NCBI GenBank assembly: GCA_051362555.1
Contig: CM120647.1
Coordinates: 5,332,001 to 5,396,000, forward strand
Reading direction: 5' to 3'
Source of the DNA: Lingula anatina
Taxonomy: Eukaryota > Animalia > Brachiopoda
DNA: 64,000 nucleotides
In this document: in pieces, positions 11,364 to 43,904 of the stretch
Layout of the letters: every line of letters starts with the position of its first letter
Position numbering within the stretch: position 1 is the first letter of the stretch
Translations under genes and position numbers: made by a program
The notes under the pieces: model-generated
Databases searched by the model: none
What the model was told of the DNA's origin: nothing
The model's input: the letters and a program-made list of their open reading frames with translations, nothing else

Positions 11364-14199
11364 GTTGTTGTTGTTGTTGTTGTTGTTGTTATTGTTTATT
11401 TTTTTATTGAAACAGTCATTATTTTACGCGTGCATGTTTACGGTTGCGCTCTTTTGCTTCAGCGTCGCTTTCCCTGCCCTGGTGTTTTGGTTGTGGTGGG
11501 GGTGTTGAGTATTTTCAGCTTTCTGTCCCTATACACAATCGCATGGTATTCCGTAAAAGCTGGATCGATGTTGTATACATTTTTTGTACAACCTATATTT
11601 TGGGTGTCAATTCTTGTTGACCACGCGGCATTCACATCGCGAAATCTCTGAATCCATGGAGCAAGCTCAAAATTGCCACAACCATAAATTTAACTATTTG
11701 GTTAAGTTTGTCAACTAATTCGTTGCGGCTCCCACTTTATGCTCAGTTATAAACTCACACTGGCATATGAGAGCACTGCTAAGCAATCAAATTCCAAAAC
11801 TAACTTTTGAGCTATAAAAACATTGGTGCTGCTAGAGTTATCAAATAAAACATCTTACAAAATTTCAGGTTATATTTTAGCTAATAAAGAATATTACAAC
11901 AAGATATTTAGTCCTGTGCCAAAGATTTTACATGTTAGAAAATTAAGGAGCTTTTGACAGGAAAGTAACACCGACTAATGCTATTGTTATGCATTGTTGG
12001 GTATGAATTGACAATAAACACTTCTATTATTCTACATCTGATTTTGATTCTGATTGAAATCGCACCCAGTGCACTAATGTAACTTTTCCATGTGCAGAGC
12101 CCGCGTTCTCCAAACGCCCGACTGTTACCTTAAACGTTTGTTGAATCTGAAGGCAACCTAGCCAATACGATGTTTATTACTGTATATTTATGAACGTGTT
12201 TCCTTTTTTCGTATTTTGGGAGACTAGTATACAATAGTAAACATAGTTTTACGTGTTTTTTAGTGCAACAAATGTTTTATAAACGTCCACATGCCCAAGT
12301 CCAGTAAAACACCATCTTATGTTAAATTTCTAACTATTAAGTGATTTTCAAACTCATTCCTGTGGAAGGACGCTTGCGGACGGTAATTAGTGCTTGTGGA
12401 CGGTAGTGGACGGTTGTAGTCGGTTGTGCTCGGTTGTGGACGGTAATTAGGTAAACCCCTGCAGGAAACATTACCCATTATACTATAATTCCATTTACTG
12501 CATTTCATCTATTTTAGTTCAATGCATATAAGTAATGTGTAGCGTACTGAAAATCCTGTAGTTTGTATATGTCTATTACGGAATTTTGTAATAATAAATT
12601 TGAAAAACAAATGCAAGAACTGTATGCTACACAGTAGTGTAAAAAAGCCAAGGGGTAGCATGCACAGTGGCTTAAGAGCACATTTTCTATGCATACATTA
12701 TGTTGATAATGTATAATGTGTAACTTACATGTGAAGTTATGTCAAAAGTTGTGAAACCTAAATGACCCTGACGTTGCAATCAAGTGCTGTAAAATATATA
12801 TACAAAAATACATTTAAATTATATTTAAACACCATGATGTATTTTAAAACCACGTTCTGTGTTTTACAGTTAAAGGTATTGTCACACTTCTCCGAAAACT
12901 AAACAGTCTTTGCCTTACCTGCACATGTACATTGTTTTGGAGAAGAGATGGTGTTCAGTGACTACATTATTTAACATTTCCACATGCCATCTTACTGGTG
13001 ACGGCTTCATTGCGATTTTGGGGTAAAACTGAAAATTGGTTCTTAAATTTCTCTTTTACCTAAGCACCCACGACACCTTTTAAACAGCATTTTACTGGCA
13101 CAATTTAGCACTCCAAAAACTTGAAGCGATTTTCCTAAAGATAAATAATAAAGCAAAATAATACCTCTGTTTAATGAAAATACATATGTAATAAGGGGCT
13201 CATAACTTCATAACAAAAATATTTAAACCAAACTGACAGCACGAGATTGAATCTCTATTCAAAATAGAGAGGTAATTGTCGATTTAAGCTTTGAGTTGCC
13301 TATGCTTATGCAACGAAAATATACAAGTCGGCATTTCGTATTTTCGAGACTTTATTGTTTAAATATGCAGAAATATTCACCACTGAATAATTAGATGCAG
13401 GAAAAACTCATTGCAGCATTCAGGGTTACGATATCCTTAAGCACGGTGCGAACTGAAGGGTGACCGTTATTTTCATCATTAAAACGACAAATGGAAACAC
13501 TATCCTTAAATATATAATGGTTTACTGGTATTATATGCGGGTGCTTTTAATTCGAAAACACCAGACAACTCAACGCCCATGAGTGTTTCTCAATAGCAGG
13601 GCTGTTAGCGGTCTCTTGTGCTCTCTGTAGTATCATGTAATACTCGAAAATGTCGGCGTGTCCCATGCACCAAACATTTTTTCTATCCTTAATTGTTTTC
13701 CTGGATCAAACACTCAAAGGACCGTGTAAAGGCTTGGGCTCAATAATTTAGATGGTGCGGTACACCCAAAATAAGTATCCCAAATCAGTACTTAGATACA
13801 GTATAAGACTGGGTAATCTCCGAGACTACATAGTTTTCAGGCAAACCTACTACAGGTAACAAACCTTAAGGGAAGGGGACTATTTTGGGGTAACTTTAAA
13901 GTTTGAAATCATGTTGGGGACTGAAACGACCTGATTGCAATACAGCTGGTGATAAGATTGATGATAAACCAGATACTTAGAAGGGAATAAAAAAGAGAAT
14001 GAAGTCAATGTTCTGGTAAAAAAAAAATTGCACAAACATGAAAAAAACTGACCAAAAAAATCCAATGATATTATGGACTAAGTAATATTTTTATCCTTCT
14101 TAATCACGCCTTGTACCACCATTAGAAATAATAAAAATGTCATTTCTATTGAACTGTGAAAATCACTATTACTTGTCTAATTCAACCGTTTATGTTTTT

Positions 14200-20900
<6,701 letters not shown>

Positions 20901-21655
20901 ATACAACGGATCATATAGGCTATATCAGCGCATTTGACCAATGTCAAGCACTGAACGCAAGATGAAATTAGGAATCACGAATGCGTCAGCACTGTCAGTT
21001 TTTCAGCGCCACGTACCGTGTGCCATGAGTAAAATTGGTTTAGAATGTCTGTTTATGCAATCTACATGGACCTTTTAAATTCACCGCCAATGTTCTGTGT
21101 ATGTTGCATATATGTTGTAAATAATAACTCGAATCCCTTCCATAATCTTGCTCGCAAAAAAATGTATATATTCAGTTGCCATCCGGGATACATTTCTACA
21201 ATCTCGTGTTTCTTGAAAACCTGATAAGGTCAGTGGAATGCAGTGCACACATTAATATAAAGACGCATACTTTTTCACAATGGAGTTTATTAAATCGGAT
21301 GGGGAAATCATGTACTTGTTTACAGGTTTTGTCAAAAGCCTTTTGAAGTTTCACTACTCTTAAAAACCGATTGATTCCGACCTTGCATCCAAGCACTATG
21401 AATATATCAGCAAATGCATATAGTAACTCTGGTCTGAGAGGTGACCGTCATATTCACGATTCAAACAACGGCTAATGAAATCACAAACTTTTTGACGGTT
21501 TATTTGTAGTTTATTTGGTATACTTTTAGTTCGAAAAACGCACACCAATACACGCTGCATTTATCCCCCCCCCCCCCCAGGGATCTGTTACTATAAGTTA
21601 TATTTTAAAATGACCCAAGCATACTAATATGCAGCATCCTAAGCTTTTCATACAG

Positions 21656-21743
<88 letters not shown>

Positions 21744-22140
21744 ATAGCCCATGTATTTGCAAAAGCGATGTAATATTTAATTTGTTTTCTTGGCCTGATT
21801 TTATACCCGTAGATTTAAAAGTTTCTTGAAACTAAACAGATTGACAGCATGGATCTTTAGCCTCCTTCAGGATAAAAAAAAATGTGTTTCGAATTCTTAA
21901 TCATCAAAACCGCCCCCAAAAAAATTAAACACTTTATAAACGGAGCTGGTGTTTTATACAAAGCACACTTCCTTTTAGACAAATCTTAGATCTTGCTGTT
22001 TAATGGGGTGTGGGGAATATGGGATCGTTTCAATTGACACAGGTGTAAATCTAACACTTTCTTTCAATAATCATCAAAGTATTCCATATCCAACACCTTT
22101 CGAAAACTGCGTCCCTCAATTAACTTTTTTTTTCTTTTTT

Positions 22141-22174
<34 letters not shown>

Positions 22175-22394
22175 ATGTGTGTGTTTTCTTAATATTCTGG
22201 TTTCTGAGTCTTTTTCAGAGAGAAAATAGCGAAAGCGACCGGAGCATTTCACTCATGCCCGTCCAAATATAAAATGAACCCCTTTTTGATAGATTTCCTG
22301 ATAGGAGAATCTATATGTAAAGCTAAATTTATGAATGACTACCGAAGTGTTTTTTTTTTTTTTTTTTTTTTTTCCAGAAACGATTACATCTACG

Positions 22395-34391
<11,997 letters not shown>

Positions 34392-36331
34392 ATGGTAAGT
34401 GTTTATGGAAATAGAGGGACTCTTAGAGACAAAACGATCAATAAAACTAACGATTATGAATTCGACGCTTCATTGAATCTTGTACTTCACAAATTTGCAT
34501 TTTTACAAATAGTTTAGTATATCTCTTGGAACCTGATATATTACATTTGGAATCCAAGCTTAAGTATTTATCAAATGTCTTTCTTTATATTTACAGAGAT
34601 ACGCCAGGACTTCAAAAATGCTGGACAAAACGGACTTATGCAGACATTTCTCGACTGCATTTAAATATGCAGTTGTATATTATTCCCACTGATTATTAGT
34701 TAGCAGATTGAAAATAACAAAAAAATTATAAAACATGGGGGAAAAACTGTTGCAGCTTGCTTATTTACCAATTTCCTAAAACATCATTTACTTCTCAAAT
34801 TAACTTAAAACTTTAATTTACCTTGCTTGTGTTAAAGGTCATTACGTACTCATTTTAGTTTCCTTTATGTAATTTAATAATATTATAATGGGGTGAAATA
34901 TTATAATATTTATATATATTTATTAGTTTTAATATTTAAATACTAATGGGAAACATTTAATTTGCTAGGAAGGCCTGATGTCGTTTCAGTATGCCTTAAA
35001 TCATTGTTTTTTTTTTCCTAATTCCAATAATACAAGGGGGTTGGTTAATTAATTTAATGATAAGTAAGCCTGCTAGATTCCAGAGGCACCATTTCGGTTA
35101 TTTAATATTTTAGTTAATTGATCCGTCTCATTAGATCTTCAGATTACATTTACACACTTTAATATTCGTATGCACTCATTTGTCGTGATAAGGGAGTGGT
35201 TAGCTGTCTTGTAAACAAGTCATTCTACGTCATGCAAATAAAACTGTCGCAAATGCTTCTGTTTGGTTGTTTTCCATACCTTATTGCTAACTGTATGTTT
35301 GGCAAGCTGATAGTTATATTATACCTTCATCAGTTTTAAAAGTAATTGATTTTCACCTACTCTTGGACCGGTGCTCGACACGAACCTGTGCTTACATTTG
35401 ACGATTTGTGCCTTTTCTATCCAAATAATTCAAGTTATAAACGAAAAAAGTTCTATGCAGTCCGCCATAGAAAACCCAGATCAGGCACCTGGGTTTCGTT
35501 GAATTCAAAATAAAATGTCTGTAAGAATCAAATATGGTGAGACAGGGACGTATATTAGATTTCCATCCTCTGATGTAAAGTGACAGACATTGGTCCAAAA
35601 CTAGCATTATTTCCTTGCAAACTGATTGGCCAAGAGCGAAACTTGATATCTGGCCAAGTAAAACCGTAAATATTAGAAATATTGAAATCTGCCATTTCCG
35701 TAGCCCTAATCCTTTGTTCTTATCTAACTGTAAAAGTACCATAGTATAGTACAGTATAGTATTTCTGTACGGGCCAGGGTGAAAAAGACTGAATTCATTA
35801 ATGTCCATGAGTTAGCCACGGAAACGCGTGTACAACAGCCTTCCAGTATAAAGGGGGCTTAGCTGTTTATAAAATCGTTGTCTTCTGGAGAGTTATCCTG
35901 AAGATAGCAGCCATTTCAAACACAGCAAAATCCGAAACAAAAATAATTATCGAGCATTTAGCAAACATTAGTTTCCATATTGAAATCTAAAGGTAATAGC
36001 CAATAGTACGTTTAATTAGGTCACTTGTCGCAAATAACGTGAGGTAAATGATGCATTTTTTTTTTTTTTTTTTGCATTATGTGCCAGCAGAAAAATAAAC
36101 AAAATAACTACCGGTAACTAAAATAAATAACCTTAAACATAACCCTCTTGGCAGAGAGGTCAAACTTTTCAAAGTTGACTGTTTAAATGTTAATAGCATT
36201 TTTTCTCTTTGTCTTTACTTATTATATCATGATTTATCAATATCAGTAATGTCGTTTTTAACTGTTTTTCACTACATCTTTGTATTTATTCAACACTTTA
36301 TGTGCTGCCATACTCTTAATAATAATAATAA

Positions 36332-36376
<45 letters not shown>

Positions 36377-36529
36377 ACAATAACACAATCTGTCGTTGCT
36401 AACTGCTTATTATTTTAATATAATATTCCAAAACCCGTTCCATGTTGAGCAAGGATTAAAAAAAAATTCAATTCCCACAACCGCATATAATTTAAAGTAA
36501 ATCATGAATACGGAGTTGATCATCAATAA

Positions 36530-37358
36530 TTATGCCCCAAAAAACAAAGAATCCTTCTTACGGTGGTAGAAAAAATCAAAGTGGGCAATGCGGAACTCTT
36601 TTTTCTCGATGATGCCATTACTGTTTTTATCGACATAACTAAATGACTCGGCGATGCCTTGTTGAACACTGAATACTTCAAGGAAGGTTTTGTGCTCGTG
36701 GGCGTTCAACTTCTCATCTTCGTCATCATCTGCTGCTTTGAATACTCCTAATGCCCAAGCAGTTGTTTCTTCAAGTTTATGGTATCCGAACAGACACAAA
36801 TGTATCGAAATGGCCTCATCAACGGTCAAGTTCTCTTTGTTGTTGTTTTCTAGAGTGGACCAAAATGCAAACCATCCATTGGTGAGAGTATCATTGAAAC
36901 CGCTGATTTTATCCACCCCGAAATTACCTATCGCTCTTTGAACAGTCTCGTCAACATATTCACGGCGATTCACAATTCCGTCATTGTCAGCATCAAATAG
37001 AGCGAAAAAGCGGGATATTTTAGCACGCCATTCATCTCCTGCAACCAGTTTCCTCTGAAGTTTATAAAATATGTCATGGAATAGTAATTCAATAGGGCAA
37101 ATTAGATAAGGCGTCCTTGTATGAATGGAATCAGCTAACATCAAATGTAGCTATGTAAGCTCAACAGGTGATTAAGAATAGTAAAAATCCGAGTAACAAG
37201 CAGTATAAGTGTACATGTTTATTTAAAGTTTGAATAAAATGTGTGCATGGTCTTATATGTCTTACCTTAGGACCATTCGAAGCGCACTGGACGTCTTCTC
37301 CCATGACATCATTAATCACCACCGCCGCCAACAACCAAAGTACACGTGGAAGAAACAT
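36530..37358 (-). CDS. Secreted sarcoplasmic calcium-binding protein (SCP)-like EF-hand protein, 205 aa; exons 37358-37266 and 37054-36530
   Basis: Exon 1 is MFLPRVLWLLAAVVINDVMG..NGPK|GTAAG; acceptor ttcag|AGG, phase 0. EF loops DADNDGIVNRRE, DDDEDEKLNAHE and DKNSNGIIEKKE. The W..K...F...D start and DFF....LFFG end are typical of invertebrate SCP/calexcitin. Confidence 0.88.
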
Positions 37359-38559
37359 CTCTCTTGTATGCTAAACAATAGGCCTACAACACAAATAGAT
37401 CGGTTTTCTGTGCGAAACAGGTTCTGTTGATTGAATTAATGCTTGAAATGGACAGTTGGCCCCCAAGAACATCAGATATGTTGTGGAAGATACCCAATCA
37501 GGTTTGAACACGTAGTTGATGTTGATTGAAGGAAAAGATAATCCAATCGGCATTCGTGCCTGCTCGTGTCACCAGTGTCAACTCAACAGCAATCCATTTT
37601 AAGGAGGTGATAAGATTTAAATGTTTCCAAAAACTAAGATCCAGAATGAAATCCAGATATTTTAAATTCACCTTTATCTTACTGAAAAACAACCTTATGA
37701 ATCAAGACACAACTCCTCGAATAATATTACTGGGCGTTCCTCTTTTACGGCATCGGCTTAATCCATTATCCCCACACTCGATCCCTGTGTCTGGAAAATC
37801 AGATAACAACCTACTGTACATTTTCATACAATGCTACCATATTGAAAAACCTGTATAATGCCTTATGGTTAAGGAGACAGCAATTCGCTGTGAACAGCCT
37901 AAGTAACAAATACACATGGTCTTCCCGTATGCTGTTAACAATAAATTATGATAAATGATTCTGGTCAACATGTAAAACATTGTAGCTATATAACAACACA
38001 TGCTGGTATTAAAAACAGCATGCAGGCGCTCATCTCAACTATTGTGAATGTACACAATACTGAATAGATGCACGTGCTGTTGATTTCCAAAACATTTTAT
38101 TCATAAAAGAAGACTGTACTGAACTATAAATCGGATAAAGTTTTTGAGTGATCGTCCTATTTAGTCACTGTGCAACTGATTTTCCTTTAAACACAGTTTC
38201 CATGCTTTATGTGTAGTGTATATAGTATAAAACGTATGCACTATGTTGTTTGGGAATTATATATAAAATAGTCTTTTCAGGCGTAAAAACTACGTATTTT
38301 GGCACAGTCACAATTATTTAATTTTAGCATCAAAAAATTACTTAATTTCATTTTATTAGAAGGATTCACAATAAAAGCGGCCGGCATCGGCCAAGTTTCG
38401 AACATCATACTTGTGTTTGTCACTTTAATGCTTCTTTTTACCGACATCGTATTGAACTTTTTCGATCAAGGCGACATAAAAGATATAAGAATAGAGAAAT
38501 GTGTAATCTGGTGTGTCGCTACCAGATAACCGACCGCTTGTTGCACTGTGTTTTAATTA

Positions 38560-38860
38560 TGCATTAATTAAATCAGTTAGTGCTCCTTTGGGCTGGTCAA
38601 AGCTTGACGTTGGGGAAGCATGGTTCTATAAAATCAACATCCAAATGTCAGCAACTACTGCATAGAAGAATTTGAAATTTGGCATGCAAACGGTCGGTTT
38701 CGCAGTGCGTAAAATGAGTTAAGCAATGTTTTACAAAAATGTTAACCTGTGTCAGAATGGCCCGAAGAAGATCGACGTCGTCATCTAGGTTATTGTGTGA
38801 CGCGGTACGGTCCAAACAGTTTTATAGAGTTATGGCCAGACTGATATACATACACATACG
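38560..38860 (+). mobile_element. Fragment of the Tc1-like family seen at 9070-10030
   Basis: Reverse-complement similarity to ~9830-10090 (cggtcggttt..gcgtaaaatgag..cagaatggc..cagttttatagag..ccagactgat). Confidence 0.55.
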
Positions 38861-39744
38861 TCTTATATACTCCAAAACTACCTCCGTTGAGCAATACACG
38901 GGCATTGCATTTTTTCCTATATAGGCCTACTGCAAAACTACCTCTGTGGAGTATAGCTGAATTATTCGATTTGCGCCAGTGCAGTGCAGCATAAGCATAA
39001 TGCTTTTTTCTCTACCTCATCGGAGTAAACTCGGAAGCTATTTAGCATATTTGAAACATATGCTTCTATTATGCTGCTAATCTACTGCATTAATGCCCCT
39101 CTCTGTACAAACCTATGTGATTTTTGTAGCAGAAATGCAGTAGACTATACCGCATTTCTACTACAAACATGCTCCACACCACTACTTCTCTATTATGCTT
39201 CTATCCTGTCTAGATACTACTGATCGTGTGCAAAACAGATTATTCTCACCAAAATCTTCGCAAGGAAAGTGAAGTCAAAAGGGCCAGTTGTACGAACTTC
39301 ATTTATATGAGTAACCAGAGGAATCTTTTCACTTCTACCACATTCCTACCATAAACTGATTCATTAAAGTATTAAACTGAACGCCAGGGGGATTCCAATG
39401 GCTTCGGATATCTCGATTACTAAAATAATCCAAACCCCGTAAGACTGTATACACGTCCTTCTGATAAGAAGTGTAAAAAATGATTTCAGTCGTCATGATT
39501 ACTTAGAATGCAGTCTTCTTTGGAATAAAACGAGGTATAATTTTTCATCGCAGCTGATAATCGGCGACCTCAGAAGCTCTTGTGTCATGGAAGCAATTGG
39601 TACAAATATGGGGATTAAAGCTGGGGGGTATACTCAGCAAGATATCAAAGTCATTCAATATAATGTGCTCTCTAGCTAAGTTTTACATGCAAGGGAGCCA
39701 AGGAGAGGGAGACATTGAAATTCTGAACGAGAAACTGGAAAATG

Positions 39745-39788
<44 letters not shown>

Positions 39789-39815
39789 CTGATATCTTTA
39801 TCACACCTACAAACG

Positions 39816-39848
<33 letters not shown>

Positions 39849-40257
39849 GCGCGCACGTTAATTGTTATATTAATGTCGAACAACCGAAAAGGTTTGAAAA
39901 ATCAAACTAGTTGAAGGGTTAGATTTAAAAAGAAAATTCTAAAATTAGAATAATATTAGCTGTGATGACAATATGAAAAAAAAAAAAAAACAGTCAATGA
40001 AATCACTGAAAGAGAACCGCAGCGTTTATACTTGAAGTGGCCGACATACAGTATATTAAGTTCAGGACGCTTTAAATCTGTTAATAAACGAAAACGCAAT
40101 CTATCAATGCAAATCTTCGAGCAATTGATCGTACTACATTTCTATCACTACACTAATACTGATATGCCACGCATATTACTTTACTGGTTATTGATAACAT
40201 CGTTTGATTTATCGGTAAACGACTGCGAAGTAGCTTTAGATAACCTACAAAACGATG

Positions 40258-40535
40258 TGTGACGAAGTTGTTGGCTTGTCTTCGTCATGTTACGCGAGGT
40301 AGCAAATACAACTCAGATATTATCTTTCTTATTATTTATTGAACTACTGTCCAGTTATTACCCGCGCCGCTTCCTTCATTTCTATTCCTACCTCATGCAA
40401 TCTGTAGCGGCCTTCTCTCTGTTTACACTAAGCGCAGTTGTATAAATACCATAAGAGCATGTCAATCAACTTAAGTTACTCTACTAAACACTCCCCGCTC
40501 TTATTCACGGCATGCTGTCACTAACTAACATTACA
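40258..40535 (-). repeat. 3' LTR of Gypsy element
   Basis: Nearly identical to 43527-43804. TATTTATA and AATAAA are on the minus strand, with a purine-rich GGGAGATAA just inside. Confidence 0.92.
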
Positions 40536-42081
40536 TTATCTCCCGGGGACGATATGCCTGTCCCTAGGCATATTTTAAAATAAAATTCACATTGAAATAA
40601 ATTTTAAACACTCCATTTTCTTTTACCATAAATCCATGCAAAACAAAACTAAGTACATAGATATTTTATAAGAAACCTATGATAAGATAGAAATACATTT
40701 GACATGAAACCCCAAATATAACCTAAAGGAAGATAGATTGATAAATTTTTATGAAAATACAAATGTTCGTGGATGTGCATTTACATGTTGTCATGTGTGG
40801 CCCAAGAGTACAGATACTTTTAATTGTTTTCTCTGCGCAGATGTTTTAAAAATCTGTTACTCTCTTATTATGGCTCTGACACATTTTCATATACGGTTTC
40901 TCTTTTCCAGTTGTTATTTCAGATAAAGTATGCACTACGTGAGACAATAGGGTTAGCTACTCCCTGTCCGATGAATAGCATTCACCACAGCGTTGCCCAG
41001 CGCATCGTCTATGATGAAATACCTTTTCATCTTCATATTTATCCACACTGTAGCGCTCTCTTTTGATGGCTATAAGAGAAACAATCGTTTTATATCAAAC
41101 CCAATCCACGATTGAACAAAAAAAAAAAAAAAAAACATACCGAAAAAATAATTAAGTAAGAATCTTCCTTAATGCATATGATCAGTTTCATGTCTTTATC
41201 TTTGCAAAAGCTAAGTACACTGTTCCTGTACCAATAACTGTATAGTTAAATATCAATAACTAATAATTATAAGACCGACAAACTGAACAAAGATGTATTA
41301 TTAATACTAAACGTATTTAATATTCAACACACAATACTTAATGTGTCGTTATAACCACATGCAATAACATATAACTCAAAGTTAACTCGTAAAAATTTAA
41401 AGTTCATATCCACTCAAATGAAAAGTTCCATTTGGTATAGTCTGTTGCATCCTCCATTTTGAATTTTAGCACGAAAGTTCAGTTAGCACATAGTGTAAAA
41501 TCAGTCCTTCTAGACAGTGCATAGCGATTGTCATCTGCCACTCATTGTATATGGATACGCTTATACTCTTCAGTCTCCCCTCCTTGCCAGGGGCGCAACC
41601 TAGGCTGAGTACCTTTCCCACTAGCTCACTTACTAGCTCATTCGTTTTCAGTTTGCTAGGGCCTGACTGTACATTGAGCTGAGCGCGGCTGCTATTCTTA
41701 AGCCTTACTGCCTTTTGCGACCCAACCGGCCGGTGACCCAGTCGATAGCGATCACTCAATCCCGTAGAGCTTACCAAGCTCCCAGGGAGTAACCGACGGT
41801 CTGATCCCGGTCCCACTGCCATGGGTTATCGGAACTTTGACCGTTTTCACCAGCCTTGCCTGTTCACCACCGTGTTGGAACCGCACCAACTACGCATGGC
41901 TAGGTGAGGACTGTCGTCCCCGTACCACTCAGTGAACTCGTTAACACTGAGCCGACTAGACGGTACCACAGTATCCTGTTAATTCAGGATTTGAGACACA
42001 GTGGGCCTTCAGTCTTCTCCCACAGCACTATAGCACGTCTTTAATGTGCCCCCAGAGCCTTGCGACTCCACTGCCGCCTGT

Positions 42082-42154
42082 TGACGTCAGGGCTTCGGGG
42101 AGCCTATCCCCCTCGCCTGACGTCAGGGCTTCGGGGAGCCTATCCCCCTCGCCT
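42082..42154. repeat. Perfect 36-bp tandem duplication inside Gypsy element
   Basis: tgacgtcagggcttcggggagcctatccccctcgcc x2. Confidence 0.9.
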
Positions 42155-43526
42155 CGTTTAGTTTTTAATTGGATCCCTAATATTCTAACCAAAAGGGAAT
42201 CCATTTCCACTAAATAAGAGACTGTGCTTCAACTTTTTATCTGACGCGACCTCGTAAGGCTTCTACTTCAAATAATTCATCAGTGGTCTGGGACAAATTC
42301 GCTTGTCCGGCAGTCTCATTTTCTCGTTTTTCTTCATTTTTCTATTTTTTTCTTACTCTCTTTGTTTATGGGCAAATAAGCAACGAAGCCCTGGAGTTAT
42401 TTTGGAGGAACTTTCCTTGTCAAACATTCAACACAAGAACGAACATAATGACATCTGTAAGTGACCTTTTCTAAAAAATCGTGTGCGTAATGGTAACTAC
42501 GTGTTTTGAATAACCTTATGACTGCTTGCGTTGTCGTGTAAACTAGACCAAACTTTGTACTCTAACTTGTATGAAATAACAAGTTGCAAAGAAGCTCCTG
42601 GGTGGAGTGATTTTCTGCCATCAATTATCACGTCATCTCCAATCTCTAACAACAAGAAGCCGAGCGCCTCTGCAACTATGTAGAAGTTCGTCTGATGTCA
42701 AGAATGTGATAATTGACGCAAGGTTCTTATCTTTACGTTGGAGTTTTTAAAACAATACCTCTTTAAAACAAATGCCTCGCAATCTTGACATTTTGACAAT
42801 GTCATATTTTTGTCACCTTTCACTAACTGTTAAAAGCATTCCAGACCTTTAAATTCGTAGCCACTCTGTTTTAATTCAAAGTAAAGTACTTGTCTCAAGA
42901 TAGCGTCTAACATATGTATTCTGTTCAAATATGCATCATTAAAAAACTGTGCAGGGTCAATATGTTTTTCTAAGTCTTATTCTTCAACGTTTCCCTCGTG
43001 GTAAGGGCGGCGGCTAATCGTGTTTGCATTCGCGAGGTGTTTACCTTTACTCTGCTTAATTGAAATCTGTTAGGGGATAAATTCAATAACCAATAATTCA
43101 TTACTTCTAGAAATTCGATTACATTCAAATGGGCATGGAATTCTGGCCCTGCCTTAATTACCTTTGTCAACGCGAATATTAGTTACTGAAACTATGTACC
43201 CTTAATACCTGACCTCTTCTCACGCAATGAAACTATTCAGATAATGCTAAGTTTCCATTTCTCAGCCTTCGTAAGACTATGTTTACCTCACTAAGGCAAT
43301 TTTTGAAATTGTGGCTGGCTACCATAAAGTCATCTAAATATCGCAAAAAGCATTTTCTAAAATAATCGTTTAAAGCAATTGTCTTACCTTCCATTGTCCA
43401 ATTCCAATCTCCCATCTAGATACTTTGTGTTCACCTGCGTATTTTCGTCCGGTGATCGTTATCTCTCTTTCCGACAAGACTCATGATGTCAAACATCTAT
43501 GTTTATATTTTGCATCCTCCACCATT

Positions 43527-43804
43527 TGTGACGAAGTTGTTGGCTTGTCTTCGTCATGTTACGCGAGGTAGCAAATACAACTCAGATGTTATCTTTCTTA
43601 TTATTTATTGAACTACTGTCCAGTTATTACCCGCGCCGCTTCCTTCATTTCTATTCCTACCTCATGCAATCTGTAGCGGCCTTCTCTCTGTTTACACTAA
43701 GCGCAGTTGTATAAATACCATAAGAGCATGTCAATCAACTTAAGTTACTCTACTAAACACTCCCCGCTCTTATTCACGGCATGCTGTCACTAACTAACAT
43801 TACA
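43527..43804 (-). repeat. 5' LTR of Gypsy element
   Basis: Followed on the minus strand by AA-TGGTGGAGGATGC (PBS). Confidence 0.92.
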
Positions 43805-43904
43805 GATGTATAGACACACACAACACCCTTAGCAACGGTGAAGTTTATCAGCCAGCTAGTAGGGGAACGACGCTGCTTCTTATCTGTCCTCTTTTACCGT
43901 AGAT

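Larger units (their letters stand above)
40258..43804 (-). mobile_element. Non-autonomous Ty3/Gypsy LTR retrotransposon (3547 bp)
   Basis: 278-bp TG...CA LTRs (40258-40535, 43527-43804) with one visible mismatch. 4-bp TSD GATG. Minus-strand PBS TGGTGGAGGATGC (tRNA-Ala-type 3' end). Decayed RT (RYLDDFMV) followed by an integrase H2C2 remnant (LHD..SSH...YVRSCVEC). Confidence 0.92.

Noticed and set aside
12090-12460. Short gtggacggt/cggttgt repeats ending in GGTAAACCCC, like a MITE end
   Set aside because: Matching opposite terminus and TSD could not be established.
35392-35808. 138-aa minus-strand ORF in the duplicated 3' flank
   Set aside because: No recognisable domain, and the counterpart in copy A is not open over the same length.
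37055-37144. N-terminal extension of the 204-aa EF-hand ORF
   Set aside because: Intronic; a good acceptor at 37055-37056 joins to the signal-peptide exon.
41466-41822. 118-aa minus-strand ORF inside the Gypsy element (possible extra gene)
   Set aside because: No motif recognised; cannot be supported as a gene.
43511-43524. tRNA-like 3' end GCATCCTCCACCA
   Set aside because: This is the retrotransposon primer-binding site, not a tRNA gene.
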